From contig MU057632.1 in assembly GCA_013265495.1 (NCBI GenBank), positions 46,054 through 110,053 of the forward strand: DNA of 64,000 nucleotides. The letters are read 5' to 3'. Of the stretch, positions 22,916 to 33,578 are shown in pieces (position 1 is the stretch's first letter; each line of letters begins with the position of its first letter). This DNA comes from Vicugna vicugna (Eukaryota). The translations under genes and the position numbers were made by a program. The notes under the pieces were generated by a model, which saw only the letters and a list, made by a program, of their open reading frames with translations, searched no databases and was not told the origin of the DNA.

Positions 22916-25339
22916 ATGTATATTTTAAATTTTTATTTATTACAATTCATGTTTGAGTCCTTAAACAAATGTCTGCAGGGGGAGGGCAGGTAGAGGGCTG
23001 ACAACACTTGTTGCCCCTGATTCACAGGAGCCAGAGCAAGATTCTGGCTGGGCCTCTGCAGCCAAGGCTCTGGACCCACCAACCTACCTGCACTCAGATT
23101 GCCGTCACAGAGATCACAGTGTCTCGGGGACAGTCTCCTGGGTGGCCTCAGACAGATTTATTTCCAGGGACTGCAGTTCTCCTCCAGGCTGCTGCTCTCA
23201 GTGATGAAGAAGAATTCATCAGAAGGAGGATTGTCTCTTTGAAGCACCTCCAGCATTTCCAAGCTGAAGATCAGTATGTCTGGAAGGGGAGTATGGAATT
23301 GAGCATGTTCACTGCCCAGGAGAACATATGGGACACACAGTGAAGGAAGGGCAGTCCGCAGAAAACACTGCTGAGCTTATCCCGCTGGTCACCTTAGAGC
23401 AGACCACCTGCATCAGAAGCACCCAGGACACCCAATAAAATGATGCTCCATCACTTATATCATCAAGCATTTCCAATGTGTCCTACACGCTCTAGTGTAT
23501 TCATTCATTGAAACCTTGGGGAAAACCTTTATGGAGGCTACTATCTGGAGACCCATTTTACAGATGGGGAGACTTGAGGAACCAAGAGGTTAAGCATTTG
23601 CCAGTATGCCTGCATCCTGGGGATGGGGATGGGAAGAGCTATGTTTTTACAATGCTTCTGGGTTCATTAGGTGAGAATCTAGGACAGGGCAGCCCCCCCA
23701 ACCCCTCCACTGGAGTTTTATGGCAGAAAGTGGAGGCCAGATGGATTCTTTCCCAACTTTTGAAAAGGGAGATTCAGGCGGGAAGGGATTGGGAAGGGCC
23801 TGGGCTAGTGGTTCTGTAAGCCTCTGCCTTATTCCTGGCTGCCAGGATTCCAGACTCACGGAATGCTGGCATCCCAGGATGCAAAGGAGTCAAGTCCCAG
23901 CCATGTGGGAGGGGAGCGGTGGGAAGTTTAAGACCCCTCAGCGCAGCAGGGTCTGCAGCACCCAGAGCCTAGCACACGAAGCTCCTTACTACCATGCTGC
24001 TCCCTTTGGGATTTTTCAATCAAGGAGCGAATCAGCCTTTCTACACACTTTTGGAACCAGCAGCTCCTCCCCAGGGTGAAAACTTCCACTTTGCCCTCAG
24101 AGGTTGGCTGTCCCATCTCCAGAAAGACTTTCATCTCGTATTTGAACCTTGGGAGGTGGACTCTGGATCTGTGTGCAGTGGAAGGGTTACTGAGGGATTA
24201 GACGGGGATGGGCAAGGCCAGGAGAAGCCTGGGGTGGGGGCAGGTCCCTGAGACCCCTGCCCGAGAACGCTGGGCACTGCCATAGGGTGAGCAGGTGGAG
24301 ACCAAGGTGGGGTCATTACTCCAGTACACTTACCGAACATCCTGTCCAGTAGACACGTCTCCACGTGAAGTATGGACAGATTCATATCGGTCTGATGCTT
24401 GTGTCAGTATCCCAAGTAGCACAGAGGATCCGGGCCCGGAATGGTTCGTGGGCTCTGGGTTCTGCGAAGGTTGGTCTTCAGCCTGGGTGCCAAGAGTCGT
24501 GCCCAGCTCAGGAACTGGAGGGACAGTGGACATCATGTGGATGAGCAGACCAGCCAACGAGTAAGACACCAGGAGATGTGGACCTGCTTGGTTCCAGCCA
24601 AGAGTCCTGCCCCTGCAGCACAGCCTCATTGGCCCCAGACCAGCCTATACCGCCCCCCGTGTGGCCCAGGGCCAACCTCCTGTCACTGCCGAGGGCTTTC
24701 TGGATTGAAGACGCAGACCTAGATTAAAACACAAGCCTTGGCAGAGCCTCACTGTCTCCTCCACAATCAAAATGACAAAAGCGTGTGGTTATGAAAGGCA
24801 CGGTGCTCACCAGCATTAGGTACAGATCAGAGACTCGTGTCTCTCAGCACTGCGCACACGGTGTGTGATGATCACTTCTGCAGGGCCAACCAGCTAATGC
24901 AATACTTTTTATTGCAGGCTCAGTCCTTTGTAGTAAACCCATAAGGAAGGTGCAATTATTATTTCCATTTTCACAGGTTAGGAAATGGAGGGAGTGGGAC
25001 TGGGCTAAGAGTCCAGGCAGCAGTCTGATGAGCTCTTGCTAGACTGTGGGGCTAAAAGGGTTTCATTGTTTCTTATAATTTCTTATAATCTTCTGATGTT
25101 ATGAGAACTTTGCCCACAAAATAGACAATAGGACTGTGTCTTAGGACAAAAAATATCAGCTACTAAATAGAAATTTGCAAACCATGGCCCTGAATCTCTT
25201 CCTGATATTACGGGATCCAAAACCTATCACCCACTTCAATGAACATGCCTGTTCTAATGCACATTGATTGTAAGCCTCTTCTCTAAGAATGTCATTTCAG
25301 GACTAGTTTTAGCATTGCGCAGAGCTTAGTATTCCATAA

Positions 25340-26465
25340 TCATTTAGCAATGCCTGATACAGAAATTCTCCACGCGTGGGGTGTCAGTGAAAAATCAATC
25401 AGTTGGTCTAAGAAATAAATGGAAATTGCTTGGGGGAAGGGGGAACTAGGTTTATTTATTTAAATATTTATTTATCTGGAAGTACTGGGGATTGAACCCA
25501 GGGCTTCATGCATGCTAAGTATATGCTCTACTACTGAACTATGCCTTCCCTACCCTGGAAAATTTTATCTGAGCCAAATTGAGGATGATAACCAGGGAAC
25601 AGCCTCTCAGAAAACTCCAAGAACTGTTATAAAGCAAAGTTATAGCAAAGCACAGTTTCATAAGTTTTTGAGATTGAGGGCTGTGCAATAAATGGCGTAT
25701 TATTGACCGTACACAAAATCCAGATCGCGCGTGGAATGCTAGCGGGTCTGGGTCAACCTTTCCCCTCACAGGATGGAGAAGGAGTGATATCTTTCAAGAA
25801 GATGTTGCTCTTTAAGGTTAAGCAGGTATTTCTGTCCACTGGGAGGTTTGGTCAAAGCATAATGCACAGCGATGGGAGAGGAGGCCAAAGGGCAGGGAAA
25901 ACATTCTATGTTTAAATTTTCCTTCACTTGCCTTTGAATACAAATTTTGATTTCATCAGAGGCCTGAGGAATCCCTGGGAATCTCTGAGATCCTCTCAGG
26001 GGGTCTCCAAGGTCAGAACTATTTTCATGAAAATAAGATCTTATCAGCCTTTTCTGCCCTCACTCTTCCTTAAATGTACAGGGAGCTTTTCCAGAAGCTA
26101 CGTGACTTGTGTGTCATGTGATACCATCACAGACTGAATGCCAGGCAGCTACAAAAACCCAACTGTCACTTCACTAAGTCAGACAAAAAAGATTCACAAA
26201 AACGTAAAACGATGCCACTCTTTTTTAATGAAACACTTTTGTTTTGGAAAACACAGTGGGTTTTTTTTCCATAAAAATGTTACTTATGTTAACACGCAGT
26301 GTGTCCTATTATTGTTATTTTAGAAGTGAATATTTTAAAACTCTTTTACTTTCATTTCTAATAAAGTATCAGTAGATATAGCTCACACACACAAAAGATT
26401 TTTGGGGTCCTCAATCATTTTTAAGACTACAAAGGGGCTCTGAAATCAGAGAGTTTGACAATTAC
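25340..26465. mobile_element. hAT-Charlie (Charlie1-like) element interrupted by an LTR
   Basis: gggtctccaaggtcagaactattttcat...ggggtcctcaatcatttttaag...agtttgacaattact. Confidence 0.55.
25382..25958 (-). mobile_element. ERV solo LTR containing a Vic-1-like SINE (~25431-25556, minus strand)
   Basis: tgtcagtg...ttcatca termini with imperfect TSD gggg/gagg. Shares the cagcctctcag motif with neighbouring LTRs. Confidence 0.65.
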
Positions 26466-26871
26466 TCCTCTGCCCGAAAACACATTACACTCGATTTCAC
26501 GAGGCTTGTGGTCCAGCTGTGACGTCCTCACACTGTTGTGATGCTCTCAGGCAGTTAATTCTCCTCTCTCAGCATCAGAGCACTTGAATAAAAATTTAGG
26601 GGATAATATTCGATTGCAAAGGAATATCATACTGTTTAATGACTCAAGATAGGAGAGAATATAAGTTACTAAGCACTAGACACATGTCAGGAATTAATCT
26701 TATTACATGTTTGACCAAAAGCTTGGATGAGCACTTCAGGGAGATGGAAATTTCCCCTCTACCCGTCTGGAATCCTTGTGACTGGACTAATACAATCAAC
26801 ACAAAATAGATTAACGGGAGAGAAACCAATTTAGTTTTGTGTGCATGAGACATCATAAAAATAACACTTGA

Positions 26872-27000
26872 GGGGAAGACATAGCTCAGTGGTAGAGCAC
26901 GTTCTTAGCATTCATGAGGTCCTGGGTTCCATCCCCAGTGCCTCCATTAAAAAAAATAAAAATAAAAACCTAATTATCCTCCCACTGGAAAAAAAAAAAC
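26872..27000 (+). mobile_element. tRNA-Ala-derived SINE (Vic-1-like)
   Basis: ggggaagacatagctcagtggtagagcacgttcttagcattcatgaggtcctgggttcc plus A tail. Confidence 0.88.
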
Positions 27001-27004
27001 CCTT

Positions 27005-28605
27005 AGAACTGAGGAATACTGATTCCTTCAGAACCTAAGGGTAATTAATACAATTGTGGAAAATATCTACCCAGCAGCTCCCCACCCTTGTTCCATCCTC
27101 CCACTCTGACAGGGAACTTCTTTTGGAAACCATTAGAGGGCAAATCCCAAGAATTTTTGCCTTTGAATGGAAAGAATCTGAAACCAATGCAAAACAGCAA
27201 TACCACTGGACAGTATTGCTGCAGGGATCCAAAAATTCCCCCACTGTATTCTTGGGGAAATCTTGGCTAAAGATTTGAGAAATTTACAGGGAAAGGAGTA
27301 ACTCTTTTCCAGTATATGAATGATCTACTGATCACCAGCAAAAAGAAGGAAGATCCCAACCTCAACATAATGTTGACCCTAAATTTCCTGGCAGATGGAA
27401 GGTGTAAGTTGTCCCAGAAAAAGGCTCAAATAGCTCAACCCTCTGTTAAATGTTTGGGCTTGGAGCCATCTCAGGGATGGAGACACCTACTCCCTGACAC
27501 CCTGACTGGAGGGTAGCAGTAGCTCAAGTGGCTGCTCCAAAGAATGGAAGGCAACTGAGGGGATTCTTCGGCATGGCTGGTTTCTGTAGGACCTGGATTC
27601 TAAACTTTGGGCTACTTGCTAAAACCCTCCTATGATGCCCTGAATGGGGAGGTGAACCCCTTGGATGGACAGGGAAATGTCAACAGGCTTTTCAAATTCT
27701 TGAAGAAAAGCTGCTCACGGCCCCTGTTCTTGGCATGCTGGACTTAAGAAAACCACTTGATTTGTTTGTAGAGGAGAGACAGTGTCAGTCTGGGGGTATG
27801 GACTCAAAACTTGGGCAAATCTTACAGGCCAGTAGCCTTTCTTTCAAAACAACTGGAGCAGGGAGGGTAGAGCTCAGTGATAAGAGTGCATGCCTAGCAA
27901 TGATGAGGTGCTGGGTTCAATTCCCCAATACCCCCATTAAAGATAGATAGATAAATACGTAAATAAACCTAATCTCCCCTCAAAAAAGTGGTGGTGGCCA
28001 GTTACTTGGTGATCCATAGCTGCCTCTGTGACCTTCAAGATGCTGAGAAGCTTACTCTGGGGCAACCAATGACAGTACACACCCCACACTGTGTGCTGCC
28101 CCTCCTACAACAGGAAGAGGGATATTGGTTAACCTCTAGGAGGCAGGGCAAATATCAGGCCATCCTGCTGATAATGCCTACATGGCTTTAAAAGCAGCTT
28201 TAAATCCTGCCACCTTGCTGCCATCTGGTTCTGATTGCAGGCAGATCAATGAGCAGATCTGTTCCAGCTGCTGGGACCTGGCAGGTATCCCACTGGAAAC
28301 TGAGACGTTGCACATCTGTACACTGATGGAATCAACTTTGTGGAGCAAGGACAGTGGAGAGCTGGAGGTGTAGCAGTGACTCACCAGCAACTCCAGAAGC
28401 AGGAGCCCTCCCACCAGGTACTTCTGCCCAGAAAGCGGAGCTGATGGCTCTCATCCTTCACAATGAGTGAACGTCAGCAAGTTAATCTATACACAGACTC
28501 CAACTCTGCCTTCTGGGAAGTCTATGTTCATGGCGCCATCTGAAGAGAATGTGGGCTTTTGACAACTGGAAGAAAGGAAAATAAGCATGCTCAAGAAATT
28601 TGCAG
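27005..28605 (+). mobile_element. Decayed class I (gammaretrovirus-like) ERV pol: RT, tether and RNase H remnant
   Basis: Ordered motifs LQNLRVIN..IYP, IFAFEW..WTVLLQGSKNSPTVF, QYMNDLLI (decayed YxDD at 27313), SQKKAQI, QLRGFFGMAGFCRTWI, LTAPVLG, AEKLTLGQP, LNPATLLP, SAQKAEL, NLYTDS. Frameshifts and stops; a SINE is inserted at ~27860-27987. Confidence 0.92.
27860..27987 (+). mobile_element. Vic-1-like SINE inserted in the ERV pol remnant
   Basis: gggagggtagagctcagtgataagagtgcatgcctagcaatgatgaggtgctgggttcaattcc. Confidence 0.85.
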
Positions 28606-29135
28606 TCTGACTCACTTCACTTAGTAAGACATCTCTAGGTCCATCCCTATTGCTGCAATTGGTATTTCATTTTTTATGGCTGAGTAGTATTCCACTGTAT
28701 GTATATGTGTGTGTGTGTGTATACCACATCTTCTTTATCCATTCATCTGTCAGTGGACATTTAGGTTGCTTCCATGTCTTGGTTATTGTAAATAGTGCTG
28801 CTATGAACGTTGGGGTGCCTGTGTCTTTTTTTTTGTTTGTTTGTTTGTTTTTGTTTTTGTTTTTTTTTTGGAGGGGAGGTAATTAGGTTTATCTATCTAT
28901 TTATTTATTTAATTTTAATTTAATTTTTTTAAATGAGGCACTGGGGATTGAACCCAGGACCTCCTGCATGCTAAGCACACGCTCTACCACTAAGTTACAC
29001 CCTCCCCTCGCATGTGTCTTTTTGAATTAGAGTTTTCTCCAGATATACGGCCATGAGTGGAATTGCTGGCTCATATGGTAATTTTATTTTTAGTTTCTTA
29101 AGGAACCTCTCTACTGTTTTCCAAAGTGGCTGCAT
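28606..29135 (-). mobile_element. L1 fragment with a nested minus-strand Vic-1-like SINE (~28825-29008)
   Basis: gtctgactcacttcacttag...ttcatctgtcagtggacatttaggttgcttccatgtcttgg...aggaacctctctactgttttccaaagtggctgca. Confidence 0.88.
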
Positions 29136-29139
29136 GGGA

Positions 29140-30654
29140 TACTACTTTTATGTGGACATCAGGCTTTCACCTGATTTTTACAAGAACCTATTTGTGTATA
29201 TGGAGTAACTTTTAGAGACTTTCCAATATTGAAAACACCTACTCCTGTAGGAAACTGTTTCTCTGAAAAAGATACTCAGAGACCTAAAAATAGGGGAGAG
29301 CAGACTATTTAGTAGAGCCCCCAGGAGGCCTGGCCAGATAGTGGGCTCCCCCTACCCCTGTACTCCAGATGCTCTGACTCCAGTAGGAATAATCCCACTA
29401 GAAACAGTGCCTCAGAATTTTTCTATGACCCCAGCAGAAGTCACGGATGACACTATCTCCATTCTCGAGGTCCAACAAATTAGTTTAAAGTAGTTCCATG
29501 GTGGTTATGGATATTTACACAGCCTTTGGTTTCTTCTTGGAGCTAAGAACTTCATTTCACAGCAAACACTGCTTGCTACTACCTAAAACACTACTGGCCA
29601 GTTAGAACCATCGGTGATCGGTTAAAAGAAAAGACTACCTGGCTTTCTAGAACAGATTCAGGTGGGATGGACATTTGATTTCATGGCCTGGTTTTGAAAT
29701 CTAGGTTCATTCCTTTGCAGCTTATTAATAGGACGAACAATGACTGCCTCTAGTAACTACCTAGTAGTTGGTGCGTATGTCTTGTCCACTGTTAAGTGCC
29801 CCTGTGCAGTCATGGTCTTTGTTTTGTTTTAATTTTTGTTTTGTTTTTGTGGGGGATAGTAATTAGGTTCATTTATTTATTTATTTTATCTTATTTATTT
29901 TTAATGGAGGTACTGGGGATTGAACCCAGGATCTTGCACATGCTAAGCACACACTCTACCACTGAACTATACCCCCCCTCCGAGTCATGGTCTTTTTTAA
30001 ATTTTTTAACATTTTGTCTTGCAATCAAAGGCATGGAAGAGAGTAACTGGGGTGCAGGTGAAGACCAAATTCTACAGAAAACATTGTGATGAGTGGATTC
30101 TGACAATGGGATGGTGGGGGTCTGAACTCTGAAGATGAATGTCCTTTGTCTTTTGTTTTTGGGCAAAAAGGCAGACTGAAAATTGGGGAAACTGTACCAG
30201 GAGCTTGTGGCAGGAAGCTGGCAGATAAACTCCGATATTCCATATCAAACATAAACCTCCTCTTCCTTCCATGCTGTCTTGCGGAATATTTTAACCAGTC
30301 AAGGCCACTCATTGATTATGATGGAACCAGATGTAGAAAGACCAATATACTCTGTAAATAGGTTTGAAACCAGACAGGGACAGTGAAGCTCTGCAGTCAA
30401 GACCACATTCATCTCCTTGCCTCCTGGATACAAATTGCCAAGATAACCACAGATTGCTCCATTTTTACAAAACTGGTCTCTGCTTCTCTAAATCCTCCTT
30501 AGAGTCATGCAGCCAAATCCGGTAATAGGCTCCCTGCAACCCGTCCTACCAAGAAGCTCTGTGTTCTCGTGCTGTTTCCTCTTTCTCCATGCAGGACCCT
30601 AACAAGCCTACCTTATCTGACTGCGCATGAATAGCTGAGGCCAGCTGGTGGCCC
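29140..30654 (+). mobile_element. Probable 3' part of the same ERV (env-like remnant and LTR-like sequence), with a SINE at ~29818-29980
   Basis: Lies downstream of pol. IGDRLKEKTTWLSRTD resembles a TM membrane-proximal segment. A purine-rich tract near 30108-30120 precedes LTR-like sequence. Boundaries uncertain. Confidence 0.4.
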
Positions 30655-30978
30655 TGCTGTGGTCTGAAGGCTGGTGTAAGCTCCTGAAACTCGCATGTTG
30701 AATTCCAAACCCCCCAAGGTGATGGTGTTAGAGACGAGGGCTTTGGGAGGTCTCCTTATGCCAGTGCTGAATGTCCTGGAAGAGGCCCCAGAGAGCTTGC
30801 CTGCCCTTCCAGCCATGTCAGGACACAGCCAAAAGGAGGTCATCAGTGAACCAGGAAGCTCTGCTGGTGCCAGAATCTTGGACTTTCCAACCTCCAGAAC
30901 TGGGGGAGATAAATGCTTGTTGTTTACAAGCCACCCGTCTATGATATTTCCTTATAGCTGTGCAAGCAGATGGAAACA
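30655..30978 (+). mobile_element. MaLR LTR (MLT1A-like)
   Basis: tgctgtggtctgaa..catgttgaa..gtgatggtgttagag..tgctggtgccagaatcttggactttccaacctccagaactg..ataaatgcttgttgtttacaagccaccc..aaca. Confidence 0.8.
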
Positions 30979-31144
30979 GTACCTGTCCAAATCTAGGGAG
31001 GCCGATTTGGAAAATCCTGCCTTGGGACCTTCCGTCCCGCAGCCCTCCCTTGGCTCATGCCCAAGATCTGCTCCAAGATCTTTTCAAACTAGAATAACTA
31101 TAATTTTGAATTCCTGGGCATCAGGGCGGCAAACACTCGTCAGA

Positions 31145-31267
31145 TAATCCAGTTGGCCGTGAAGGGATTAGTGCAGGGTAGACAGTTTCTTGGAATGGAT
31201 TTTCTTGAAACGCTATAGGGATAGGCCCTCCTGCCCTAGGATGGAGATGTTTAGATGTTTATATTTA
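31145..31267 (+). promoter_or_regulatory. Candidate proximal promoter of the KHDC1-like gene
   Basis: TAATCC (31145-31150) and GGATTA (31165-31170) form an inverted pair; AT-rich tttatattta at ~31258-31267. Motif-level evidence only. Confidence 0.35.
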
Positions 31268-31365
31268 GCACAGACCCTTGGCCTTTCCTAATTGCTTTTA
31301 AGCCCTGTTCTGATAAGTTGCTTGAACTTGCCCCTATTCAGCAGCTGGTAGGAGAGGTTAAGGAC

Positions 31366-31456
31366 ATGGAGATCAAGCCATGGTGGGTCTTTCCTGAAAA
31401 CTTGAACTTTCCTTTAGAATTTTACATAGAAGAGGAGCAGGAGGAGTTCATCTTTG
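31366..31456 (+). CDS. KHDC1: KHDC1/KHDC1L-family protein, coding exon 1
   Basis: gacATGg start; MEIKPWWVFPENLNFPLEFYIEEEQEEFIF(G) resembles KHDC1 KPWWTLP.NF..P..F..EE.QEE.IFG. Donor G|gtgagt, phase 1. An upstream in-frame ATG at 31255 or further 5' exons cannot be excluded. Confidence 0.9.
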
Positions 31457-31604
31457 GTGAGTGGTCCTTGCTCACGCCCTCATGCCCTCTCTCCTTTCCC
31501 ATCCCCAGCCATCTGTTCCAGGTCCCTATCATCACCCCCACCCATTCCATGCCTCCCCTACCCCCTCGTGCTGTGGTCCTTTACACCTGCATCCCTCCTC
31601 ACAG

Positions 31605-31787
31605 GCCGCCTGGACGCCAACCTCCACCGCATCGAGATGCACAGCCAAACCTTCATTCAGCTGAAGACACGGTTCACTGCCACCGGCTTGACACACGTCC
31701 TTGTTGTCGGACCTTTGGAGGGGAGGCAGTGGCTGTTCCACATAATTCGGAGTATTGGGAGCTGGGACTCCTCCAACCAGGCCCGAG
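31605..31787 (+). CDS. KHDC1: KHDC1/KHDC1L-family protein, coding exon 2 (atypical KH domain)
   Basis: Acceptor ctcctcacag; 183 nt; GRLDANLHRIEMHSQTFIQLKTRFTATGLTHVLVVGPLEGRQWLFHIIRSIGSWDSSNQAR; donor G|gtgggt. Confidence 0.92.
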
Positions 31788-32063
31788 GTGGGTGTCCTTG
31801 GCTGGACTGTGGTGGAGGACTTGCTGTTGGATTTGCTGGCATCTCGGTTACCTGCAGGATCACTTGCTCAGCTGAGCATCCATGTGTGCCCCAAGCATTT
31901 GAGCCAGGGCACTTGGGAGTTACGGGAAGGCAGTGGGGAGATGTGGATGGGGCAGCTGGGAAGGCCCGGGCTGGGGTCACACCTTTCAATGTCCCCTTGG
32001 GGAGCTGGCCTGCTCTGGGGTCCCAGTCATGAGCCCTGTGTCATCAAGGCACTCTCTCTGCAG

Positions 32064-32239
32064 GCCAAGAGATGCTGCAGTGGGTCCAGAGTCAGCCCCT
32101 AACCACGCGCGACCTGGCCTTCCCCCCACTTGCAGCAGCTCTGAGCTGTCTCTGCCCCACAAGGAGAGTGAAGACTGCCTCTCTTAGAACTTCTCGGGCT
32201 TGCCCTTACCAGTTGGTTGGTTGCTGCAGACACCACTAG
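32064..32239 (+). CDS. KHDC1: KHDC1/KHDC1L-family protein, coding exon 3 (spliced CDS 450 nt, 149 aa)
   Basis: Acceptor ctctctctgcag; GQEMLQWVQSQPLTTRDLA...CPYQLVGCCRHH*. Stop TAG at 32237-32239. Confidence 0.85.
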
Positions 32240-32632
32240 ATTTCAACCTCAGTAGTAAAGGGTTGCTCTCCCCTGGACAGTTGATGTGAGGGGAAGTTTT
32301 TGGCTTGGGCATTGGTGAGAAAAGTGGGTGAAGAGAATTGACACAAGGTTGAATTTGTGGTCCAGTCTTGTCCCTTGAAGGCCTTCTAGGCGTGTGGCTG
32401 AGAAACGTGCATCTCCTGGATGTAAGAAAGTGGTCTGTGAGCAAAAAGCCAGTAAAATAAGTGCCCCAATGAGCAAAGCCTTTGACGTCCTGTCCCTCCC
32501 TTTGGGTGAGCTTCTCCAGCCCAGGCGGGGTTTCTGGGTGGGTCCAGAGATCCGGGGAACTGGGATGAGCTGATATCTCCTTCACAAACTTCTTCTCTGA
32601 CACCTGGAGCCTGGGCAGGCAGCTCTGGGTTA

Positions 32633-32638
32633 AATAAA
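32633..32638 (+). terminator. Probable poly(A) signal of the KHDC1-like gene
   Basis: First canonical AATAAA that I found downstream of the stop codon. Confidence 0.55.
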
Positions 32639-33504
32639 AACAAGGGCTTCTAGAAAAGAAGGGACCCTCCTAGCAGCCCCAGGGTCCTTTTGGACCTAAA
32701 AAAGGTAGACAAAAGAAGAGAGGAGAAAGCTGGGAGTGTGGATGGAGGCAGAACGTGGTCCCACCCTGGCAGCTTGGTGAGGTGAGTGCTCAGGCATGGT
32801 TCCTGATTGCCTGCCAGCCTTTTGTGGGTGGGACTGTGGAGTATTTCTGGGAGCAAAGGATCCCGAGGTCCCACCAGTCATGAATAAATTGACTAGTAAG
32901 GCTTCCTAAATCTCCATTCCAGAACTTTCCTGGATGCCAAATCCACATTTGGGACTCTCCCCAGCATAATGGACTACAGCCAAACTCCAAAGGGGGAGTT
33001 TTGATGGCTTTAAGCCAATTAGGGCATACACATAGGACTGTTTCCAGGTTTGGGACTAAACATGTGACTATTAGTTTAATAGGGTGTCAGGAAAGGATTT
33101 CTATCCCACTTGGGGGGCGGACCCCCCACTCCACCTGTCCCCTGTGATGTGATGGGGGGGGGCGTGTGGTGCCTCTTGCCCCTGGAGCCATCTGAGGACA
33201 ATGAGAGGAACCACTAGTGTCAGCGCCTGACTGACCAGGATGACCACAGACACACAGAACCGGAAACCTTGATGATGTAATGGAGCAAATTGTGCTCTGC
33301 CTGGAGCCCCCTCCCTCTGAAGTTCAGTTATGCGGGGTAATAGAATGTCTTTGTGTTTAAGGTCCTTTCAGCCAGGCCCATTTCTAACTGACAGATTACC
33401 CGTGGTCACGTGGTGAGGATTACATTAGATAACAGCTGGGGAGACTGATTGGCACAATACTGGGCAGTCAGTAAGCATGAGCTGTTACTTTATTTTATTA
33501 AACA

Positions 33505-33578
33505 TTTTTTTAGATGGAGGTACTGGGGATTGAACCCAGGACCTCATGTATGCTACCACTAAGCTATACCCACCCCAC
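33505..33578 (-). mobile_element. Vic-1-like SINE, internally deleted
   Basis: atggaggtactggggattgaacccaggacctcatgtatgctaccactaagctataccc. Confidence 0.8.

Noticed and set aside
23008..23343. ORF containing SDEEEFIRRR as another KHDC exon 1
   Set aside because: Only EEEFI resembles the family; there is no PWW motif and no donor after it.
31255..32032. ORFs 31255-31875 and 31454-32032 as complete proteins
   Set aside because: Each contains one KHDC1-like exon plus read-through into introns; the spliced model explains them.
33417..33428. ggattacatta as a DUX-family site
   Set aside because: It deviates from TGATTRRRTTA at key positions and lies downstream of the gene in repeat-like sequence.
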